NCBI RefSeq assembly: GCF_048260245.1
Contig: NZ_JBLXGZ010000011.1
Location: 960 to 64,959, forward strand
Direction of reading: 5' to 3'
DNA: 64,000 bases
Source: Kordiimonas sp.
GTDB taxonomy: Bacteria; Pseudomonadota; Alphaproteobacteria; Sphingomonadales; Kordiimonadaceae
Part shown: positions 60,974-64,000 of the stretch, piece by piece
Numbering within the stretch: position 1 is the first letter of the stretch
How the letters are laid out: each line of letters begins with the position of its first letter
The notes under the pieces: generated by a model
The model's input: only the letters and a program-made list of their open reading frames with translations
Database searches by the model: none
What the model was told of the DNA's origin: nothing
Translations under genes and position numbers: made by a program

Positions 60974-63031
60974 TTAGTCGGCCTCTTTGATCACTTCGGT
61001 GTAGCCTTTCCAGCGTTCACGGCCGTCCTTGTTCTCCAGGGCGTTCTGTAGCGCGGCTACGGCACGGCGTTCGTATTTCAGTCCAGCTTCGCTGTTCAGA
61101 ATATCCATGGCCTTGTCGAAGCCAAGACCTGACCTGTGGGAGCGAGCCGAGACCATGCCCACAAAGGCATTCGCAACGGAGAGTATCCGCGCACCGGGCT
61201 CTATCTCTTCGCCTTTTCGGCCTTCTGGCTCACCGCTGCCGTCCCAATGCTCGCGCAGTTGCCGCAAGGTTGCTGCGACAGGGCCCTTAAAGTCCAGCCC
61301 GGCAACCAGCCCTGCCCCTTTCTGCATGCTATCGCGGACGAGAGAAAACTCTTCCTCACTGAGGGCACCCTGTTTGGTGAGAATTTCAGTGGGTACGAAA
61401 ATCTTGCCCAGATTGACCAGCTGCCCGGCGATCCGGATGCTCTCTGTTGCTTCGCTTTCCCACCCCATTTCTTGCGAGATAGTTGATGCAACATCTGCAA
61501 CACGCTCAGAGTGATGTTTGCTCCATGGGTCACGGGCATCGATAATTTGTGTAAGCGTGCTGACTAACTGTTTAAACAGCGTCTCTGACTGATCCTTGGC
61601 GGCAACGAGCGAGGAAATGTCCTGCATAACCAGCAGTGCACTCGCATGGTCGTCGGCCGCGGCCTGCAGCGGCAGCAACTGGGTTTGAAATATGCGTTCA
61701 CTGCCCTCGGCAGGAAGGCGAATCTGGAAATTTTTTGCTTCGCCCGCGGCTGCGCTTTTGGTTCCCTTGCGTATTTGCTCAGCAATTTCACTTGGGAAAG
61801 CGGTATCAAGGCGGCGGTCTTTCAAGTCGGTGACGGGCAGATTGATCACTTCGCCCATTTTCCGGTTGGCAAACCGGACCGTGAGGTCATCATCCAGAGC
61901 CGCGATCGCGTTTGGCTGGCTGTCGCTCACGGATTGCAGGAACCGGTTAAGACCCTGATTTTGTGCAGAGAGAGCTGCCTGTTCGCGGTAACTGGCTTCA
62001 AGGCGCCGCGATACACCGTGGCGCCAGCTCAGGATCAGCCCCGCCAGGACAAAGAGTGCAGCCAGCGAAAGCGTCACAATCAGGTTATTGCGCCGTGCAT
62101 TGATTTCGGCCAATGCTTCGGCGCCGCTGATGGTGCGTACGAGGATCCAGTTCACAGGTGCTGTCAGCTCGCGCCCGGTTACCAAGACATCTGTGCCCGC
62201 GTAATTTTTTTCAATGGCGAACGCGCCGGGTCGGCTGATCGCGAATGCTGCTGCGGGGTCGAGGCGGGGTTCTCCAACACGGCCACCCTCCGCGAGCGGG
62301 GTAAGCGGGGTGAGCAAGGGCCCTTCTCCGGGGGTGACGATATAGGTTTCAGCGGTGTCACTGGCAGCCCCGGGTTGCTGAAGCGTTTTAAGAAAGTCGC
62401 CATCTAGCGGCCGGGCTCCGATCACCCAGTTGATTCCCGGCGTGCTGCCGGCAAGGCCTTCATCCGTGGCGACCGGGGCGCCAAAAAGCACCAGCGGTGT
62501 TTTGTCTTCCAGCAGCGGCCCGAGCGCAATGAACGCCCCCCGCGACAGTGCGGGCCACTCTCCCGGACGCAGGACAGGCATACCACTTGTGGCGACCAGA
62601 GGCGAGCCGTCACTGCGCAGGATCGCGATGCCGGCGCGCTGTGGTCGTTTGATGTTTGCGGCCAATTGATCAATGGCCGTTTTTTCGTGAAAGCCCTGCC
62701 GCTCTGCGGCGGCTGACAGGAGTGCATAAACATAGCCGCGCTGCCCTTGGGCCGCCTCAGGCAAATCATCGAGGCTGCCGCCCGCATAAAGCTGAATGGT
62801 GGCATCGCCGGCAAGTTCTTCTACACTGGCAAGATAGCGGTTGAGCCATGCAGACACCTCTGTCGCACGGCTATCGGCAACAAGGTTAAGTCGGTCCTGC
62901 CAGCGTGCCATGTCTTGTTCGGCTTCTGATTCGGCAAACTTGAAAATTGCCAGAAAACCGATTGCTGCAATCACCAGAATGGCAATAGCTGTCAGCACCA
63001 CTGATTTGCTGTTACCCTTGTCGCCCACCAT
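60974..63031 (-). CDS. transmembrane signalling protein: TM, roughly 285-aa periplasmic domain, TM, PAS-like region, degenerate HD-GYP domain
   Basis: 685 aa. TM1 at about residues 11-31 and TM2 at about 317-335. The C-terminal domain aligns by eye to HD-GYP (KHHSERVA...LVNLGKIFVPTEILTKQG...REHWDGSGEPEG) with HD replaced by VN and GYP by GEP. AGGGGA RBS. Confidence 0.8.
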   Translation of the reverse strand: MVGDKGNSKSVVLTAIAILVIAAIGFLAIFKFAESEAEQDMARWQDRLNLVADSRATEVSAWLNRYLASVEELAGDATIQLYAGGSLDDLPEAAQGQRGYVYALLSAAAERQGFHEKTAIDQLAANIKRPQRAGIAILRSDGSPLVATSGMPVLRPGEWPALSRGAFIALGPLLEDKTPLVLFGAPVATDEGLAGSTPGINWVIGARPLDGDFLKTLQQPGAASDTAETYIVTPGEGPLLTPLTPLAEGGRVGEPRLDPAAAFAISRPGAFAIEKNYAGTDVLVTGRELTAPVNWILVRTISGAEALAEINARRNNLIVTLSLAALFVLAGLILSWRHGVSRRLEASYREQAALSAQNQGLNRFLQSVSDSQPNAIAALDDDLTVRFANRKMGEVINLPVTDLKDRRLDTAFPSEIAEQIRKGTKSAAAGEAKNFQIRLPAEGSERIFQTQLLPLQAAADDHASALLVMQDISSLVAAKDQSETLFKQLVSTLTQIIDARDPWSKHHSERVADVASTISQEMGWESEATESIRIAGQLVNLGKIFVPTEILTKQGALSEEEFSLVRDSMQKGAGLVAGLDFKGPVAATLRQLREHWDGSGEPEGRKGEEIEPGARILSVANAFVGMVSARSHRSGLGFDKAMDILNSEAGLKYERRAVAALQNALENKDGRERWKGYTEVIKEAD

Positions 63032-63189
63032 AATTCATCCCCTGCATCAATGGTTTCCCCTCCGTTGTAGCTTACTGACTGCGGGGTGGGAAGGCGATCT
63101 GTTCAAGGAAGTTACTTGGAACATCAAAGCCATCCCAGTATGTTAACGACTATGCCTTTGGGCTCAATCATTTTTCTACACGGTAATTT

Positions 63190-63885
63190 ATGCGTCGTCT
63201 TACTTGTCTCATACTGGTTTCGTTTTCTCTCATCCTACCGGCTCCGGGCTTCATGGTGGATGCCCAGGTCACACGCGGCCTTTTTGGCAGCATGGAAATC
63301 CGGTCTACCAATATGGCGAAATTCGCGAAATGGACCGAGATGTGGCGGCGATACAATTTGCCCCGGCAGACAGCAGGCGAACAAGATCAGTCAACGCAAA
63401 ACTTGTCTAAGGAGAGTTCCTGCCGGGGTTTGGCGCGCGTTCGGTGTAGCAGGGAAGCGTGGGACAATTTTATCGGGCAAAACAGGTCAACGCCGGAGAG
63501 AGAATTGCTCGACAAAGTGAATGCTTATATGAATCGGGCCTCCTATATCGTGGATCCGGTGAATTGGGGTATTCCGGATTACTGGGCAACGCCAGATGAG
63601 TTTTTTCTCAAGGATGGAGATTGCGAAGATTATGCGATCAGTAAGTATGTCACCTTGAAAAGGCTGGGCATCGCGCCGGATGCGATGCGGCTGGTTATCT
63701 TACAGGATGAAAACCTGAAAGTGGCACATGCGGTCCTTGCTGTTTCGTTGGGCGATAATATCTTTATTCTCGATAATCAGGTCGATGCGGTCTTGCCTCA
63801 CACCAAGATTTTGCATTACAGGCCTGTGTACTCGATCAACGAATCTGCATGGTGGCTGCACCGCATGATAAGCTTTTCAGGTTAA
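63190..63885 (+). CDS. bacterial transglutaminase-like cysteine proteinase (BTLCP, LapG-like), periplasmic
   Basis: 231 aa. Signal peptide MRRLTCLILVSFSLILPAPGFMVDA. Cys-His-Asp triad contexts DGDCEDYAISKY, KVAHAVLAV and FILDNQ. Confidence 0.85.
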   Translation: MRRLTCLILVSFSLILPAPGFMVDAQVTRGLFGSMEIRSTNMAKFAKWTEMWRRYNLPRQTAGEQDQSTQNLSKESSCRGLARVRCSREAWDNFIGQNRSTPERELLDKVNAYMNRASYIVDPVNWGIPDYWATPDEFFLKDGDCEDYAISKYVTLKRLGIAPDAMRLVILQDENLKVAHAVLAVSLGDNIFILDNQVDAVLPHTKILHYRPVYSINESAWWLHRMISFSG

Positions 63886-64000
63886 ATTAATAAATTATCC
63901 CCTAAGATACCGGGTCTCGGTAGTCGGGAGAAATCAGGCTGGGCAATCCAATTGAGTAAAGACGTTACAACGCTTGACCGGATGGTTGACTATGTAAAGC

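Noticed and set aside
63953-64000. Possible start of another gene at the right edge (TTG AGT AAA GAC GTT ACA ACG CTT GAC CGG ATG GTT GAC TAT GTA AAG).
   Set aside because: Only 16 codons are visible, there is no convincing RBS and no recognisable motif, so it cannot be supported.
1-64000. Search by eye for mobile elements, CRISPR arrays, rRNA/tRNA genes, toxin-antitoxin pairs and classical defence genes.
   Set aside because: I noticed none of the following: transposase, integrase or recombinase-like ORFs, terminal inverted repeats, direct-repeat arrays, or nuclease/ATPase defence-type ORFs. The window looks like stable chromosome, but absence is judged without tools.

Overview
Densely coding 64-kb chromosomal segment with about 55 protein genes. 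By eye there is no rRNA, tRNA, CRISPR array, transposase or integrase. Gene content looks alphaproteobacterial (PuuD/PuuE purine route, MmcB, DUF3126, a CtrA-like box); this is inference. Left to right: (1) a cyclase plus IorA-like oxidoreductase operon with a divergent MarR; (2) a LysR-centred imino-acid or D-amino-acid module (SNF transporter, VOC, RidA; DapA-like enzyme plus a three-component HcnABC/opine-oxidase-like dehydrogenase); (3) an operon of secreted NTF2-like protein, TonB-dependent receptor and DUF885; (4) a catabolic island at about 16.6-36.0 kb with nitronate monooxygenase, HCCA-isomerase-like protein, two thiolases, two acyl-CoA ligases, a carotenoid-cleavage-type oxygenase, DUF1295, two SDRs, five NTF2-fold proteins, a second TonB-dependent receptor and a fused tandem HxlR regulator; (5) the alpha-2-macroglobulin/PbpC pair and a secreted FGE/SUMF1-domain protein; (6) a complete xanthine-to-glyoxylate purine cluster (xdhABC, puuD, uraH, uraD, puuE, alc, allA) with malate synthase embedded; (7) small housekeeping-type genes; (8) a transmembrane protein with a degenerate HD-GYP domain, divergent from a LapG-like transglutaminase-like cysteine protease. 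The strongest candidates for something undescribed are two. First, an asymmetric 19-bp motif is present nine times, only in the intergenic regions of the island, and a single-chain tandem HxlR regulator encoded there could plausibly read it. Second, the degenerate HD-GYP/BTLCP pair looks like a LapD/LapG-type switch built on a different c-di-GMP module. All functional calls come from motifs and family resemblance judged by eye; no searches were run.
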